DNA from: an uncultured Verrucomicrobiae bacterium
GTDB lineage: Bacteria; Verrucomicrobiota; Verrucomicrobiia; Limisphaerales; JAFGQR01
Length of the DNA: 64,000 nucleotides
NCBI GenBank assembly: GCA_963788655.1
Contig: CAWBHS010000099.1
Coordinates: 32,001 to 96,000 of the forward strand
Reading direction: 5' to 3'
Part shown: in pieces, positions 11,312 through 24,300 of the stretch
Layout: every line of letters starts with the position of its first letter
Position numbering within the stretch: the stretch's first letter is position 1
Notes under the pieces: generated by a model
What the model was told of the DNA's origin: nothing
What the model saw: only the letters and a program-made list of their open reading frames with translations
The model's database searches: none
Program-made: the position numbers and the translations under genes

Positions 11312-12817
11312 TTACCGACCCGTCTGCAGCGGCGGATATGGCCGTCCCGCGATCAGGTTGGTACCATCCGAGAAACCTTCCGGGCGACCAGCCAGGCGGT
11401 GGATCAAGCGAGCGCGCCATGCGTCGAGCGTCGAGCGCCGACTTGGATCCTTGGACAAGTCGTGTTCCTCACGCGCATCGGTGTCGAGATTGAACAGTTG
11501 TTCCGAACCGTCGGTGGGCCGCCAGATATACTTGAAGTGGCCGTCGGTCAGTGCATGAAAGGCCTGGGCCTGGCTGTAACAAGGGGCGTGTTCGAAATGG
11601 AGATAGTCGCGGATTGTGACGTGCTTCCCTCTCAAAACGGGCACCAGGCTGACGCCATCCATAGGATGGGGCACTTTGACTCCGGCCAACTCCAGGAGCG
11701 TGGGCATCACATCCTGCAGACATACGGGTTGCAAGCAGCGTCCACCCGTTTCGAATCCCAAGTCGGGCGATCCAGCGATGATGAAAGGAATGTTAGCGGA
11801 ACCTTCGTAGGGTTCGCACTTGCGGAAGTACCCATGGTCGCCAAGCATCTCTCCGTGGTCCGAGATGACGACGATCACCCAAGGCCGTCGGTTCCTTTGG
11901 CTGCGCGCTTTGAATTCCTGGATCAACGGTGCCAGTTGCTCGTCGAGCTGCGTGATCAGTCCATAGTATCCGGCTTGAGCGTTGCGAAGGAGTTTTCCTT
12001 GTAACAAAACCCGGTGGGCAGCGCTTAGCTTTTTCGGCAAAGGCAGCGACGACCAATCCACCCAGTCCCCGTGGGCCGGCGGCGGTAGCTCTTGCTGCAA
12101 ATAGTCGTCAAAGTATTTTTGCGGCGGAAACAATGGCGGGTGCGGCGAGTAAAACGAAGCCGTCAGGAAAAGGGGCTTGTCCGGCAACGCCTCGGCCACG
12201 ACTTGGCGGGCCCGGCGCGCGATCCAGGCCGTGGGATGCCATTCCTCTTTCAGCGGCCACGGATTGGCTTCCCAGCCGTTGTTCGAAATCCCCAACTTGG
12301 CGACTAACGCCCGGATGCCGCCCGAAGCGGGAGCGACTTGTTTCAGAAAATGGTCGTAATCGTCATTGGCGAGGTAAGTCGAACCCCGAATCAGTTGTTG
12401 ATAACCGTAACCTTCCTCCGCCGGCACTTGGTGCATCACGCGCCCGGTTAGCACGGTCACGTAGCCGGCGCGGCTCAACAGTTGCGGCATGGTGGGTGTG
12501 CTGATGGGTTTGGCTTGGTAGCCCACCACCCCGCTGGTTCGAGGATCCAAGCCGGTCAACAAAGCGTAACGCGCGGGAATGCACGAAGGAACCGGAGAAT
12601 AAGCCCGCCGGAACAGCACGCCCTCGCGGGCGAGCGCATCCAAGTGCGGCGTCTTCACCACCGGATGACCGACAATGGACAGACAATCCCCGCGCATCTG
12701 GTCCGGCATGATCAACAACACGTCGGGCTTGGCAAGGTCACCGGCGACGGCTTGGCCGGATAACCCAGCCAGACAAACCAAGCCGCAGAATCCAAGACGA
12801 AGTTGGCGATGTATCAT
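11312..12817 (-). CDS. Arylsulfatase-family (formylglycine-dependent) sulfatase
   Basis: KPDVLLIMPDQMRGD, CIPARYALLTG (CxPxR), SFYSPHPP and SDHGEMLGDHG. A signal peptide follows MIHRQLRLG (ATG 12817). Confidence 0.92.
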   Translation of the reverse strand: MIHRQLRLGFCGLVCLAGLSGQAVAGDLAKPDVLLIMPDQMRGDCLSIVGHPVVKTPHLDALAREGVLFRRAYSPVPSCIPARYALLTGLDPRTSGVVGYQAKPISTPTMPQLLSRAGYVTVLTGRVMHQVPAEEGYGYQQLIRGSTYLANDDYDHFLKQVAPASGGIRALVAKLGISNNGWEANPWPLKEEWHPTAWIARRARQVVAEALPDKPLFLTASFYSPHPPLFPPQKYFDDYLQQELPPPAHGDWVDWSSLPLPKKLSAAHRVLLQGKLLRNAQAGYYGLITQLDEQLAPLIQEFKARSQRNRRPWVIVVISDHGEMLGDHGYFRKCEPYEGSANIPFIIAGSPDLGFETGGRCLQPVCLQDVMPTLLELAGVKVPHPMDGVSLVPVLRGKHVTIRDYLHFEHAPCYSQAQAFHALTDGHFKYIWRPTDGSEQLFNLDTDAREEHDLSKDPSRRSTLDAWRARLIHRLAGRPEGFSDGTNLIAGRPYPPLQTGR

Positions 12818-13175
12818 CACTGCATGGAACTTGCTGAAATTCCCTGCGTCCAGTCTAACTTTCACCAACGCGGCCGTGGGATTCTCCAAGATGTGGTCGG
12901 CGCATGGCCATTCTGATCCGCCTTCGGTTGACGCCGGGCGGACGGGCAAGAATGTCCGCGTCTGCAAATAACGATTTCGCAATCCTCGATCACGGTGAGA
13001 TGCGCCGACGCGCAGGCTCTTGGGCCAAATGCAGAGTTGACGAAGCCAAGAGATTGTGCATCCATTAAACGGTCCTTGTTGGGCGTGAGCGGTCTATTCC
13101 AACTACGAATCAAACCGGCTTTCTCCCCAACTCCGGCCAATACAACTCAATCAAAAGGTAAAGTCGAATAATGTT

Positions 13176-16100
13176 ATGAAACTCACCAAATTCTCAAAGC
13201 TATGGGCAAGCACTGTCGTGCTGGGCGTGGTGTCGCACCTGAGCGCCTCGAGGGCGAGCGCCGCCACTTTGGAGCACGAATATCCGTTTGACACGGGCGC
13301 CAATGACATCGTCGCGGGCGCCGATGGCACCCTGGAGGGCGGCGCTACGCTCTCGGGCGACGGGGCCGTGATTCTGGACGGGACCAACGGTTACATCAAT
13401 CTACCCAATGACCTGGTTTCCAGTTACACCTCCGCGACCCTCGAAGCGTGGGTTACCAACTCCGGCAGCGACAATTGGGCACGGATTTATGACTTCGGGA
13501 ACGCCACCGCTGGTGAGGATTATCCGGTCGGCACTTCCAGTCAGGGCACCACCTACCTGTTTCTCACGCCCCGCGGCAGCGGCGGCGACATGCGCGGTTC
13601 CTACGCCACCAACGGCAATATCGGTGAGCAAATCGCCAGCGCCGGGGCGGCGATGGTTTCCAATGAACTGACTCACGTGATCTGGACTTCGGATGCCGGG
13701 ACGCACACGGCGAAAATCTACGTGAACGGCCTGCAAGTCGGGGTCAACCATAACGTCACCCTGACGCCGGCCGATTTGGGGCCGAGCGAGAACGACTGGC
13801 TGGGTCGGTCACAGTATTCCAGCGATGCGTTTTTCAACGGCGCCATTGTCGAGTTCCGCATTTACGACGGAGCGCTCAACCCATTGGAAGTGGCCGCCAG
13901 TTATGAATCCGGATCAGACTTCCCCAGCTTCGATCCCGGCACGGTGCAATCGTTGGACCTGCACGTCAATGAGGTCATGCCGCAATGGACGGACCAACAG
14001 GCCAAGGTGCTCGCGTCCGCTTCGTTTTTGTTCATGCTCAATAATATCGACGTCGCCGACGTTCCCGGCATCATTTATCAGTCCAGTGATGAGGGAGTGC
14101 TCACCATCGATTCGAGGGGCCAGATTCAGGCCATTGGCCAGGGAACGTCCACGGTCACCGTGGAATACGGCGGGCAAATGGATTCCAAGACCATCACCGT
14201 GGTGCCGGATGATCAGGCCACGCTCAAGCATCGGTACCGCTTCGCGGAAACCAGCGGCACCACCATTGCTGATTCGCAAGGCAGTGCGGACGGAACCTTG
14301 CTAAATGAAACGAACGCCAGTTTCAGCGGCACCGGCCAGTTGCACCTCGGCGGCGGCGCGCCGGGCGCGTATGTGGATCTGCCCAACGGGATCATTTCCG
14401 CGCTGACCAATGCCACCTTTGAAGCGTGGGTGACCTACAGCAATACGCCGATGTGGGCGCGGGTGTTTTCCTTTGGTGTGAGTGACCTGGGTGATGGCAA
14501 CGCCGGCGTCGGCTCGAACTACATCTTCCTGGCCACGGCCAATCCCGTTCGTTACACTTTTAAAGCTGGCGGCGCGTCGGAAAATCCGGTGCTCGATTAT
14601 CCAGGACCGTTCCCGCAGGACGTGCCGACACACGTGGTTTGCACGTATAACACGGACGTGGGGATCGCCAAATTGTTCCTGAACGGCGAACTGGTCGCCA
14701 CCGGCGTGGCCACCGTGCCGTTGAGCACTTTGAATGATTTGAACAACTGGCTGGGGCGTTCACAATTCGCGAACGATCCCTTCTTCCTGGGCAGCTTCGA
14801 CGAATTCCGCATTTACGAAGGTTCGATGTCCGATGGCGACGTGGCGCTGAGTTATACGGCGGGCCCGGACACCGTGCCGGCCACTGGCACGGGCAACGAA
14901 GTAGCCCTGACGTTGGACTTAAACGCGGACATGACTGATTCCCAGCAAGCCAGGGTGTTGCTCGATTATGAGAACGTGTCGGGCGTCGATATCAGCGTGG
15001 ACCCGGATGTCACGTTTGAAACCAGCGATGCCACCGTGGCCACAGTTTCCGCCAGCGGCCAGGTCATCGGCCATGCCAACGGAACGGCCACCATCACGGC
15101 CAATTACCACGGCCTGACCGACAGCCGCGAGGTGACCGTATTGGTTGGTGGTCCGCCCATGGTTCACCGGTATCCATTCAATGAAACCTCCGGCACGATG
15201 GCGCAAGATGTCATTGGCGGTGCGGACGGCAACTTGCTCGGCGGGGCCAACTTCACCGGCACCGGTGAAGTGAACTTGAATGGTTCTTCCGCTTATGTGG
15301 ACCTGCCCAACGGCATCATTTCCAGCCTGAACGACGCCACCTTTGAGCTCTGGGTGACCTGGCGCGGGGGGAACAATTGGCAACGCATCTTCGACTTCGG
15401 CAGCAGCGTTCAAGGTGAAGGTAATTCCGGGCAAGGCATGACCTATTTCCTGGTGAGCCCGAGCGCGAGCAGCGGCAAGCTGCGCTGCACCATCAGCACC
15501 AATTCCAACGTGGCGGGCGCGGAAACCTACATGGAAGCGCCCACGGCACTACCTACGGACGTCATCAGCCACCTGGTGATCACGTTCAACTTTTCGGCGC
15601 GCACCATGAGCATGTTCCTGAATGGCGCCCGCGTGGCCAGCACCGCCATCACCGTTCCGCTGAGATCATTGGACGACGTCAACAACTGGCTTGGCCGATC
15701 CCAATACAATGATCCGTACCTCGACGGCCTGATCCATGGCTTCCGGATTTACGACCGGGTGCTTTCGGCCGCGGAGATTGCCGCCAGTGGCAACAACGGG
15801 CTAAACGTGCCGGCGATCGATCCGGGCGCAATCACGGACCTGCGCTTGAACGTAACCAACCCCACGCTGGCCGCAGGCAATCCGGTGCCGGCGATGGTTG
15901 AAGCCGACTTTGCCAACGTCAACAACATCGACGTGACCATGGGCCAGGGGGTCGTTTACACCTCCAGCGACACGGCGGTCGCCACGGTGAATGGCCAAGG
16001 CGTCATTCATCCGCTCGCCGCCGGTTCGGCGACCATCACCGCGGACTTCATGGGCTTGTCGGATTCGGTGGCGCTTACGGTAAACGCCGCTCCAATGCTC

Positions 16101-17915
16101 ATCACCGCCGGCGATCTCTTGGTGGACCTGACGCCGGAGAGCATCTCGGCGGACGGCACGACGTGGATGAATCAAGGCACCGTGGCGGGTGATTTTGCTC
16201 GCGAGGGCGGCACGGCGAAGTTGATCAACGACGTCAACGGCACCGGCGTTCCCGGCGTGTTGTTTGACGGCTTCGATGCTTTTAGGGGACCACTGGCTCC
16301 GGCGGGAATCACCGGAGCTGGCGACCGGTCCTTTGAAGTCTGGGTGCTCAATCCGGCGATTGCGGGGGAAGAACCCTTGCTCTCGATTGCCAAACGCGGC
16401 ACCACCGCGCGCAATTGTTCCTTCAATTATGGTAACAACACCGTTTACGGCGCGGCCGGCCAATGGGGAGGGGGTTACGATGTCGGTTGGAACGACGCGG
16501 CCAATGTGCCCGTGGCCAACGCCTGGCATCACATCGTTTATACCTACGATGGCGCCACCACTTGCCGCATTTATGTTGATGGCGCGCTGCGCGTCACCAA
16601 GGCGCTGGATGGCGCTTTGAACACCTGGCCGGATCTGCCCATGCTGATTGGCGCGGAATTGGAAGGGAACGGGGTGAATTTCAATACCGGTTTGTATCTG
16701 ACCGCGTATATCAATTCCGTCCGGGTTCATGATGGCATGCTCAGCGACGCGGATGTCGCCAACAACTATGCGGCCGGACCAGCGTTGATTCCGCAAGGGC
16801 CGGTGGAGATCGGGTTGTCCCCGCGAAACACCCTCGTGGGTGAGGGCGCTCCGGCGGCCTTGCAGGCCACCGCCTACGGGGCGGAGCCCATCTCCTATCA
16901 ATGGTATGCCAACGAGATGCCGATCCCGGACTCCAATGCCAGTGACTACCTGCTGGGCGGCGCCAGTTTGGCCGACGGCGGCGATTATTATGTCGTGGCC
17001 AGTAACTATTTCAACGGCACGGCGTACACGGCGACCAGTTCGGTGGCGACCCTGTCGGTGGTTTCGTCGGCCTACGCGCTGACGCACCGCTATAGTTTCA
17101 ACACGGACGCCGGCGACTCGGTGGGCGGCGCCGACGGGACCCTCATGGGAGCAGCCTCGCTCAGCGGCGGTGAGGTCGTGCTGGACGGAACGAGCGGCAC
17201 TTTTGTGGATCTGCCGAATGATCTGGTCTCCGATTATCCGGCAATCACCATGGAAGCCTGGTTTACGGACAATGGGAGTGGCAACTGGGCGCGCCTCTGG
17301 GATTTTGGGAGCACGGTCCAAGGGGAAGGCAACAGCGGCACCGGCTACAAATACATGTTCTTTGCCGTCAATGGCGGGCCCTATCGCAGCGCCTACAAAA
17401 TCTACGGCCCCGAGCAGGTGGTCAACTACTCGCCAGCCGCCGTGGGCGAACAGCGCCACGTCGTGTGGACTTCCGATGCGGCCTCCCACCGTGGAACGTT
17501 ATACGTGAATGGTGTGCCGGTGTCGGTCAATTTCAACCTCACGTACAGTCCAGCCGCCATTGGCAGTGCCTTCAATGACTGGCTCGGGCGTTCGCAATTC
17601 AACGATCCGTACATGCTCGGATCGATCAACGAGTTCCGCATCTACAACGCCGTGCTGTCGGATGCGCAAGTGGCCGCCAGTTATGCGGCGGGACCGGACG
17701 CGGAATTGCGGCCGGCGTTGAGCATCGTGCAGTCGGGCAGTGACGTCATCCTCTCCTGGCCCACCACGGGGGCCGGTTTCTCCGTGGAATCGAGTCCTGT
17801 CCTTGGGCCGGATGCCGTCTGGAGTTCAGCGGGTACGCCCACATTAGTGGGCGACTACTTCGAATTGACTGTCCCATTGACGAGCATGGCGCAGTACTTC
17901 CGCCTGGTGAAGTAA
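13176..17915 (+). CDS. Secreted LamG-like jelly-roll repeat protein with Ig-like spacers
   Basis: Signal peptide; five LamG-type domains (HRYxF...WARIxDFG...WLGRSQ...EFRIY); Big_2-like spacers (YxSSDxxVxTV); C-terminal YFRLVK. Confidence 0.85.
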   Translation: MKLTKFSKLWASTVVLGVVSHLSASRASAATLEHEYPFDTGANDIVAGADGTLEGGATLSGDGAVILDGTNGYINLPNDLVSSYTSATLEAWVTNSGSDNWARIYDFGNATAGEDYPVGTSSQGTTYLFLTPRGSGGDMRGSYATNGNIGEQIASAGAAMVSNELTHVIWTSDAGTHTAKIYVNGLQVGVNHNVTLTPADLGPSENDWLGRSQYSSDAFFNGAIVEFRIYDGALNPLEVAASYESGSDFPSFDPGTVQSLDLHVNEVMPQWTDQQAKVLASASFLFMLNNIDVADVPGIIYQSSDEGVLTIDSRGQIQAIGQGTSTVTVEYGGQMDSKTITVVPDDQATLKHRYRFAETSGTTIADSQGSADGTLLNETNASFSGTGQLHLGGGAPGAYVDLPNGIISALTNATFEAWVTYSNTPMWARVFSFGVSDLGDGNAGVGSNYIFLATANPVRYTFKAGGASENPVLDYPGPFPQDVPTHVVCTYNTDVGIAKLFLNGELVATGVATVPLSTLNDLNNWLGRSQFANDPFFLGSFDEFRIYEGSMSDGDVALSYTAGPDTVPATGTGNEVALTLDLNADMTDSQQARVLLDYENVSGVDISVDPDVTFETSDATVATVSASGQVIGHANGTATITANYHGLTDSREVTVLVGGPPMVHRYPFNETSGTMAQDVIGGADGNLLGGANFTGTGEVNLNGSSAYVDLPNGIISSLNDATFELWVTWRGGNNWQRIFDFGSSVQGEGNSGQGMTYFLVSPSASSGKLRCTISTNSNVAGAETYMEAPTALPTDVISHLVITFNFSARTMSMFLNGARVASTAITVPLRSLDDVNNWLGRSQYNDPYLDGLIHGFRIYDRVLSAAEIAASGNNGLNVPAIDPGAITDLRLNVTNPTLAAGNPVPAMVEADFANVNNIDVTMGQGVVYTSSDTAVATVNGQGVIHPLAAGSATITADFMGLSDSVALTVNAAPMLITAGDLLVDLTPESISADGTTWMNQGTVAGDFAREGGTAKLINDVNGTGVPGVLFDGFDAFRGPLAPAGITGAGDRSFEVWVLNPAIAGEEPLLSIAKRGTTARNCSFNYGNNTVYGAAGQWGGGYDVGWNDAANVPVANAWHHIVYTYDGATTCRIYVDGALRVTKALDGALNTWPDLPMLIGAELEGNGVNFNTGLYLTAYINSVRVHDGMLSDADVANNYAAGPALIPQGPVEIGLSPRNTLVGEGAPAALQATAYGAEPISYQWYANEMPIPDSNASDYLLGGASLADGGDYYVVASNYFNGTAYTATSSVATLSVVSSAYALTHRYSFNTDAGDSVGGADGTLMGAASLSGGEVVLDGTSGTFVDLPNDLVSDYPAITMEAWFTDNGSGNWARLWDFGSTVQGEGNSGTGYKYMFFAVNGGPYRSAYKIYGPEQVVNYSPAAVGEQRHVVWTSDAASHRGTLYVNGVPVSVNFNLTYSPAAIGSAFNDWLGRSQFNDPYMLGSINEFRIYNAVLSDAQVAASYAAGPDAELRPALSIVQSGSDVILSWPTTGAGFSVESSPVLGPDAVWSSAGTPTLVGDYFELTVPLTSMAQYFRLVK

Positions 17916-18042
17916 CTGTCCGCGACTGAACCTACTCATCCCGGGCGGTGTCAACGGCGGTTCCGCCGTTGGCCCGCACGGGGTGGGCAGGTTTTCCAAT
18001 AAGCAAGCGGCATCGCTAAGGTTTGAAACCATGTGCAGCCCG

Positions 18043-18085
18043 TTGCGCCAGCGTTTGAAATGCATCCGGTTTGCCGGTGCTTTCG
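18043..18085. repeat. Degenerate single arm of REP-like family A
   Basis: TGCGCCAGCGTTTGAAATGCATCCGGTTTGCCGGTGCTTTCG aligns with 1830-1872. Confidence 0.7.
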
Positions 18086-18302
18086 GTGCGAAGAGCGATC
18101 GTCAAACGTAGAGGTTCCCACCGAGCCCCGCGCACGTCGTGCGAGACTGTTTTTCACCTCGGCACTTGGAAATTAATGGGACTGCTTGTAACCTATTAGC
18201 AACAGCGCCTGTGCAAGTTTGCCAGCCGTTCCCGCGGCTTAATCTTGGAAAGCCTTTGGTCGGTCTTCCTGTATCTGCGCGCAAGACATAGTCAGTAACG
18301 AT

Positions 18303-21300
18303 ATGCAATTGAAACGCTTGATCCTTGGTAGCTTGCTGCCTTTGTTGGTGGCAAGCGTCTGCACCCAATCGGCTTCCGCCGCCTTGATCCACCGCTACAG
18401 CTTCACTGCCGACGCCACCGATTCCCAGGGGAGCGCCGACGGAGAACTGATCAACGGGCCGGTCATTAGCGACGGCGCGGTCACCCTGGATGGGGTGGAC
18501 GATTACATCAACCTGCCCAACGGGCTCCTGGCCAGCCTCACCAATATCACCATCGAAATCTGGCTCACGGACAACGGCAGCGGCAACTGGGCCCGCATCT
18601 ACGACTTCGGCAGCAGCAGCGGCGGTGAGGATTTCCCCACCAGCGTCAGTCCGGCCGCCACCGGCACCCAATACATGTTTCTGACCCCACGCAGTAGTGG
18701 CGGCGCCCTGCGGGGCGCTTACACCATCACGGGCAGCGGCGCCGGCGAACAGGTCGTCGAATGGACCGGCAACGCCCTGTCGGGTGGGGTATTGAAACAT
18801 GTCGTGTGGACGTCGGACAACGCGTCGCAAACCGCCAAGCTGTATGTGGACGGCGTGCTGGTCGGCAGCAACGAGGGGGTGACCCTGACTCCCGCCGACA
18901 TCGAGCCCAGTATCAACAACTGGATTGGCCGCTCCCAGTTTAGCGCCGACAATTTTCTGAAGGCCAGCATTACGGAGTTCCGCATCTATGATGCCGCTCT
19001 GAATGCTTTCCAGATTGCCGTGAATGCCGCCGCCGGACCGAACGAACAAATTGGGGATCCGGGTCCGTTGGAAAGCATCACGTTGCACGCGAATGCCGCC
19101 ATGGTGCTGGGTAGTGCGCAGCCAGCCACGGCCACCGGGAACTATGCCGATCTCAGCAATGTCAGCCTGCAAAACCAGCCGGGCGTCAACTATGCATCCA
19201 GCGACACCAACGTCGTCAGCGTTACTGCGGACGGTGTCTTGACGGCTCGTGAGATTGGCCAGGCAGACATTTCCGTGAGCTACCAGGGCTTCACGGATGC
19301 CGTAACCATTCAAGTGAGCGCCCCGCCGCAAACCCTGATCCATCGCTACAGTTTTGATGCGAGCGCCAACGATTCCGAAGGCACCGCCGACGGCACGCTG
19401 GCCGGTGGCGCCACGGTCAACAGCGGCCAGGTGCTGTTAAACGGCAGCAGCGCTTACGTGGACTTGCCGAACAACCTCGTCGCCGACCTGACTTCGCTGA
19501 CGTTCGAAGCCTGGGGAACCGACAACGGCAGCAGCGGGTGGGCGCGGCTCTGGGATATTGGCAACAGCAGCGGTGGCGAAGGGAACCAGGGCGGCGGCAC
19601 CAGTTATATGTTCCTTGCCTGGCCATTGGGTGCTGGCACCGGCATGCGGGGTTGCTATAAACTCGAGGGCCAGCCGGAGCAGATTCTCGACATCAGTCCG
19701 CGGCCAGCCAACAACACGCCCCACCACATTGTGTGGACCCAGGACGGTCCTTCACACACGGCCCGAATTTATGTGGATGGCGTGTTGGCGGGCGAGAACA
19801 CCAGTTTCACCTACACGCCCGCCGCCGTTGGTTCGACCGTCAACGACTGGTTGGGCCGCTCGCAATACAACGACCCGTATTTCAATGGTTCCATCGACGA
19901 GTTCCGCGTTTACAACGCCGCGCTGACGCCGCAGGAAGTCGCCCAGAATTATCAGCTCGGTCCGGATCTGTCCCCACAAAGCGGTCCGGTAACCATTACT
20001 CGGCAACCGCAAAATCTGACCGTGGACGAGCAACACCAGGCAAGTTTCTCGGTCGAATACCGCGGCACCCGCCCGGTCCTTTTCCAATGGTTCAAGAACG
20101 GCAGTGAAATCCCCGATGCCACGAACGCCACGTATCGAATCCCTGCCGCGCAACTGATCGACAACCATGCTGAGTTCACCGTGGCGCTGACCAATTCCAT
20201 AACCAACACCACCTTCTTCGCCGTGAGCGATCCCGCGGTGTTGACCGTCGTCACCGACACCGTTCCCCCGGTGGTGCTGCGCGCGTTCAACATCGGCGAG
20301 ACCTCGGTGGCGGTGGTCTTTTCCGAACCGGTGGAAACCGCCAGCGCGACGACGACGGCCAACTACGTGTTCGTCAGTGGCGCGACCGTCACCGCTGCCC
20401 AACTTGCTGACGATCTCGTCACCGTTACGCTGACCACCACGCCGTTGACTTACGGCAGCGAATACCTCCTCGTGATCAACGCCGTTCGCGACCGCGCCAC
20501 GACGCCGAACACCGTGGCCACGGATACGACGCTGCCCCTCCTGGCGACCCCGTATGCACCGGTCGATATCGGTGGCGCCACGCCGCCAGGAACGCTCGCC
20601 GCGGGCGACAACGGGTATGATGTCGTCGCCTCCGGGGGCGACATCGGAAGCACCGCGGACCAATTTCATTTCGATTACCGGAGGCTCACGGGGGATTTCG
20701 ACGTGCAAGTGCGTCTCGCGGGACTGACCCCCACGGACTTGTGGGCCAAGGCCGGATTGATGGCGCGGGAGACCCTGGATCCGGGCAGCCCCTTTGCCGC
20801 GGTGTTGGCCACGCCGACGCTCGCCGGTTCGTTTTTCGAATACCGTCTGGCGAACGGCGGCAAGGCGGCGACCGTCGGTTCCATGCCGGTGAATTTCCCT
20901 TACCAATACCTCCGGCTCCAGCGGGCGGGCGACCAGTTCAACGGCTACGCCAGTTATGACGGTCAGGTCTGGACGTTGCTCGGAACGGAAACGCTGACGG
21001 TGGGCAATAGCGTCTATTTCGGCATGGCCGCGGCCAGCCACGTCAACGGCACTTCAACCACGGTGCAGTTCCGCGAATTGGTGGACACCACCAGCACAAC
21101 AGTAGGAACCTTGCCTGACGTGGGTGAACCGCTGGGCCCGAGTAGCCGCCGCACCGGGCTGGTGATTTCCGAAATCATGTATCGCCCCGCGACGCGCCTG
21201 GACGCCCGCGATCTCGAGTTCGTCGAAATCTACAACTCCAATCCCTTCTATCATGACATCAGCGGCCATCGGCTTTCCGGCGACATCGATTACACCTTCC

Positions 21301-24300
21301 CCCAGGGAACGATCATCCCGGCGGCAGGCTTTGTAGTCGTGGCGGCCAATCCGGCGGACGTGGAAGCGGTTTATGGTCTGTCGGACGTATTTGGACCGTA
21401 CACCAATCGCTTGGCGGCGTCGGGCACGGTGCGGTTGCGTGACGAACAGGACACCATCCTGCTGGAGGTATCCTATCGCAGCACGAATCCCTGGCCAATG
21501 GGTGCGGACGGCACGGGCCATTCCATCGTATTGGCCCGTCCCAGCTACGGCGAAGCCGATCCGCGCGCCTGGGCCATCAGCGACGTCGTGGGCGGTTCGC
21601 CGGGCGCTTGGGAGACGTATCATCCGAGCCCATTGCGCCGCGTCGTAATCAACGAAGTCCTCGCCAACGCCGGGGCGATGCCGGCCGAGGATTACGTGGA
21701 ACTCTACAACCACAGCAACCAGGAAGTGGACTTGTCCGGCTGCATCCTCAGTGATAATCCGGCCGAGAACAAATTTGTGATTCCCACGAACACCGTGATT
21801 GCCGCCCGCGGTTTCCTCGTCTTCCAGCAAAGCCAGTTGGGCTTTGGATTGAAGTCTTCGGGGGACACGATTTACTTCAAGAACTCGGACGCCAGTCGCG
21901 TGCTCGATGCCGTGCGATTTGACGCGCAGGCCACCGGCATGCCGCTGGGTCGCTGGCCGGATGGCGCGGCGGACCTTTATCCAATGGCGGCGCAATCGCC
22001 CGGCGCGGCCAACGGCGCCTATCTCATGAGCGACATTGTCATCAACGAATTGATGTATCACCCGCTCTCCAATGACAACAACGAACAGTACGTCGAGTTG
22101 TTCAACCAGGGCCTCGGGGCCGTTAATCTGGGCGGCTGGCGCTTTGTTGATGGCATTGACTATCAATTTGCACCCGACACCATCCTGTCCGCCGGGGGGT
22201 ATCTGGTCGTGGCGGAAAACCTGACCAATCTGCTCGCCAAGTATCCGCAATTGAACGCCACCAACGCCGTCGGCAACTTCGGTGGTCGGCTTTCGTTTGC
22301 CGGCGAACGCGTAGCCCTTGCCCGCCCGGAATTCAATTACACCACCAACGCCCTGGGCGCGGTGACCACCAACATTCTTTACGTAACGGTGGACGAAGTC
22401 TCGTACGTCGATGGCGGCCGTTGGGGCGAATGGTCGGACGGCGGCGGCAGCAGTTTGGAATTGATTGATCCGCGCGCCAACCACCGGTTGCCTTCGAATT
22501 GGTCGGACAGCGACGAAACCGCCAAGGCACCGTGGACAACCATTGAGACAACCGGCGTGTTGGATAACGGAGAGAATTACGCCGGCAATCCCATCGGCTA
22601 CGCCCAACTCGGCCAACTGGATGCCGGGGAATGTCTCGTGGATAACGTCGAAGTGCATCAGGGAACGGGCGCGAACATTGTAGCGAATCCCGACTTCGAA
22701 GCCGGTTTGACGAACTGGTCGTTGCAAGGCTGTTTCTCCCGGTCCAGGCGCGAAGCCGATACCGGTGTGGGCGGCAGCGCGGCGTTGCACTTGCGCACGG
22801 CGAACCGGGTCTTCACCGCCGCTAACTCGGCGCAATGCGCCCTGAGCAGTACCTCACTCGGTGCGGGCCAAACCGCCACGCTGCGTTTCCAGGCCCGCTG
22901 GCTGCGCGGGACGCCAGACATTCTCTTCCGATTGAATGGCAACTGGCTCGAAGCCGCCGGTCGCATGACGGTGCCGGCCAATCTCGGCACTCCGGGATTG
23001 CCCAACAGCCGGGCCGTCGCCAATGCGGGTCCGGCGGTGTATGCGGTGATGCACACGCCGTCCATGCCCCTGGCTGGCCAAGCCGCCAGAGTCACCGCGC
23101 GGGTGGACGATCCGGATGGACTTCAGGATTTGACGCTCCAATACCGTCTTGATCCCGCGCCTGATTATACGTCGGTGCCGATGATCGATGATGGCTCCGG
23201 GGGTGATGCTGTTGCGGGCGACGGCGTGTTTAGCGCCATGATTCCTGGTCAGGCTGCGGGCCGGACGGTGGCCTTTCTCGTAACGGCCACGGATCTGGCG
23301 GGAGCCAGCGCTCGCTTTCCGGCGTGGTTGAACAGTGGCGCGCCGGTTCGCGAGTGCATCGTGCGCTTCGGCGAGCCGGATCCGGCCAGCAGCTTCGGCA
23401 TCTATCATTTGTGGCTGACCCAAACCAACGTGGATCGCTGGATCAATCTGCCGGTGCTGAGCAATGAAGACATTGACAGCACCGTGGTGTACGGCCCGCG
23501 CGTCATTTACAATGCGTTTGCGCGCTATGCCGGCAGCCCGTATCACCAGTCGTTCAATTCCCCTTTTGGCAATCCCTGTCATTACAACTGGAGCATGCCG
23601 GACGATGACAAATTGCTCGGACACACCTCGTTCAACAAGATTCACTGGATTGGCAACGACATTCAAGATGACACCCCCACGCAAAACAACAACGACGCCA
23701 CCTTGCAACGGGAGCAGGCGGCGAACACCTTCCTGCGCGGTCTGGGACAGCCGTGGATCTATCGCCGCTATGTGGGCGTTTATGTGAACGGCCACCGGCG
23801 GGGCCAATTGATGGAAGACGCCCTCCGGCCCAGCATCAGCGTGCCGGACGCCTATTTCCCGAACGACAGCGACGGTTTGCTGTATAAGTTCCAGCCGTGG
23901 TTCGAGTGTGGTCCCGAGCCTCAGGCCAATGGTTTCATGCCGTGGGAAAACAAGGAATGGAGCCTGTTCATGCCCTACAAAACCACGGGCGGCGCGTACA
24001 AAAAGGAGCGCTACCGCTGGACATATCAACTGCGGGAGACACCCGATACGTGGAGCAATTACGATTATCTGTTTGATCTCGTCACGGCCGGCAGCGCCTA
24101 CACCGATCCCCATTACGCGGCCAACATGGAAAACCTGGCGGACATGGAAAACTGGATGCGGTTGGTGGCGGCCAACCACGCCGCCGGCAACTGGGATTGC
24201 TGGGGCATCCAGAATGAGCAGAACATTTACGGATACGTGAGTCCCGCCCAGCGCTGGAAACTGTTCATGTTCGATTTCAGTATTGTGCTCGGCAACCGGA

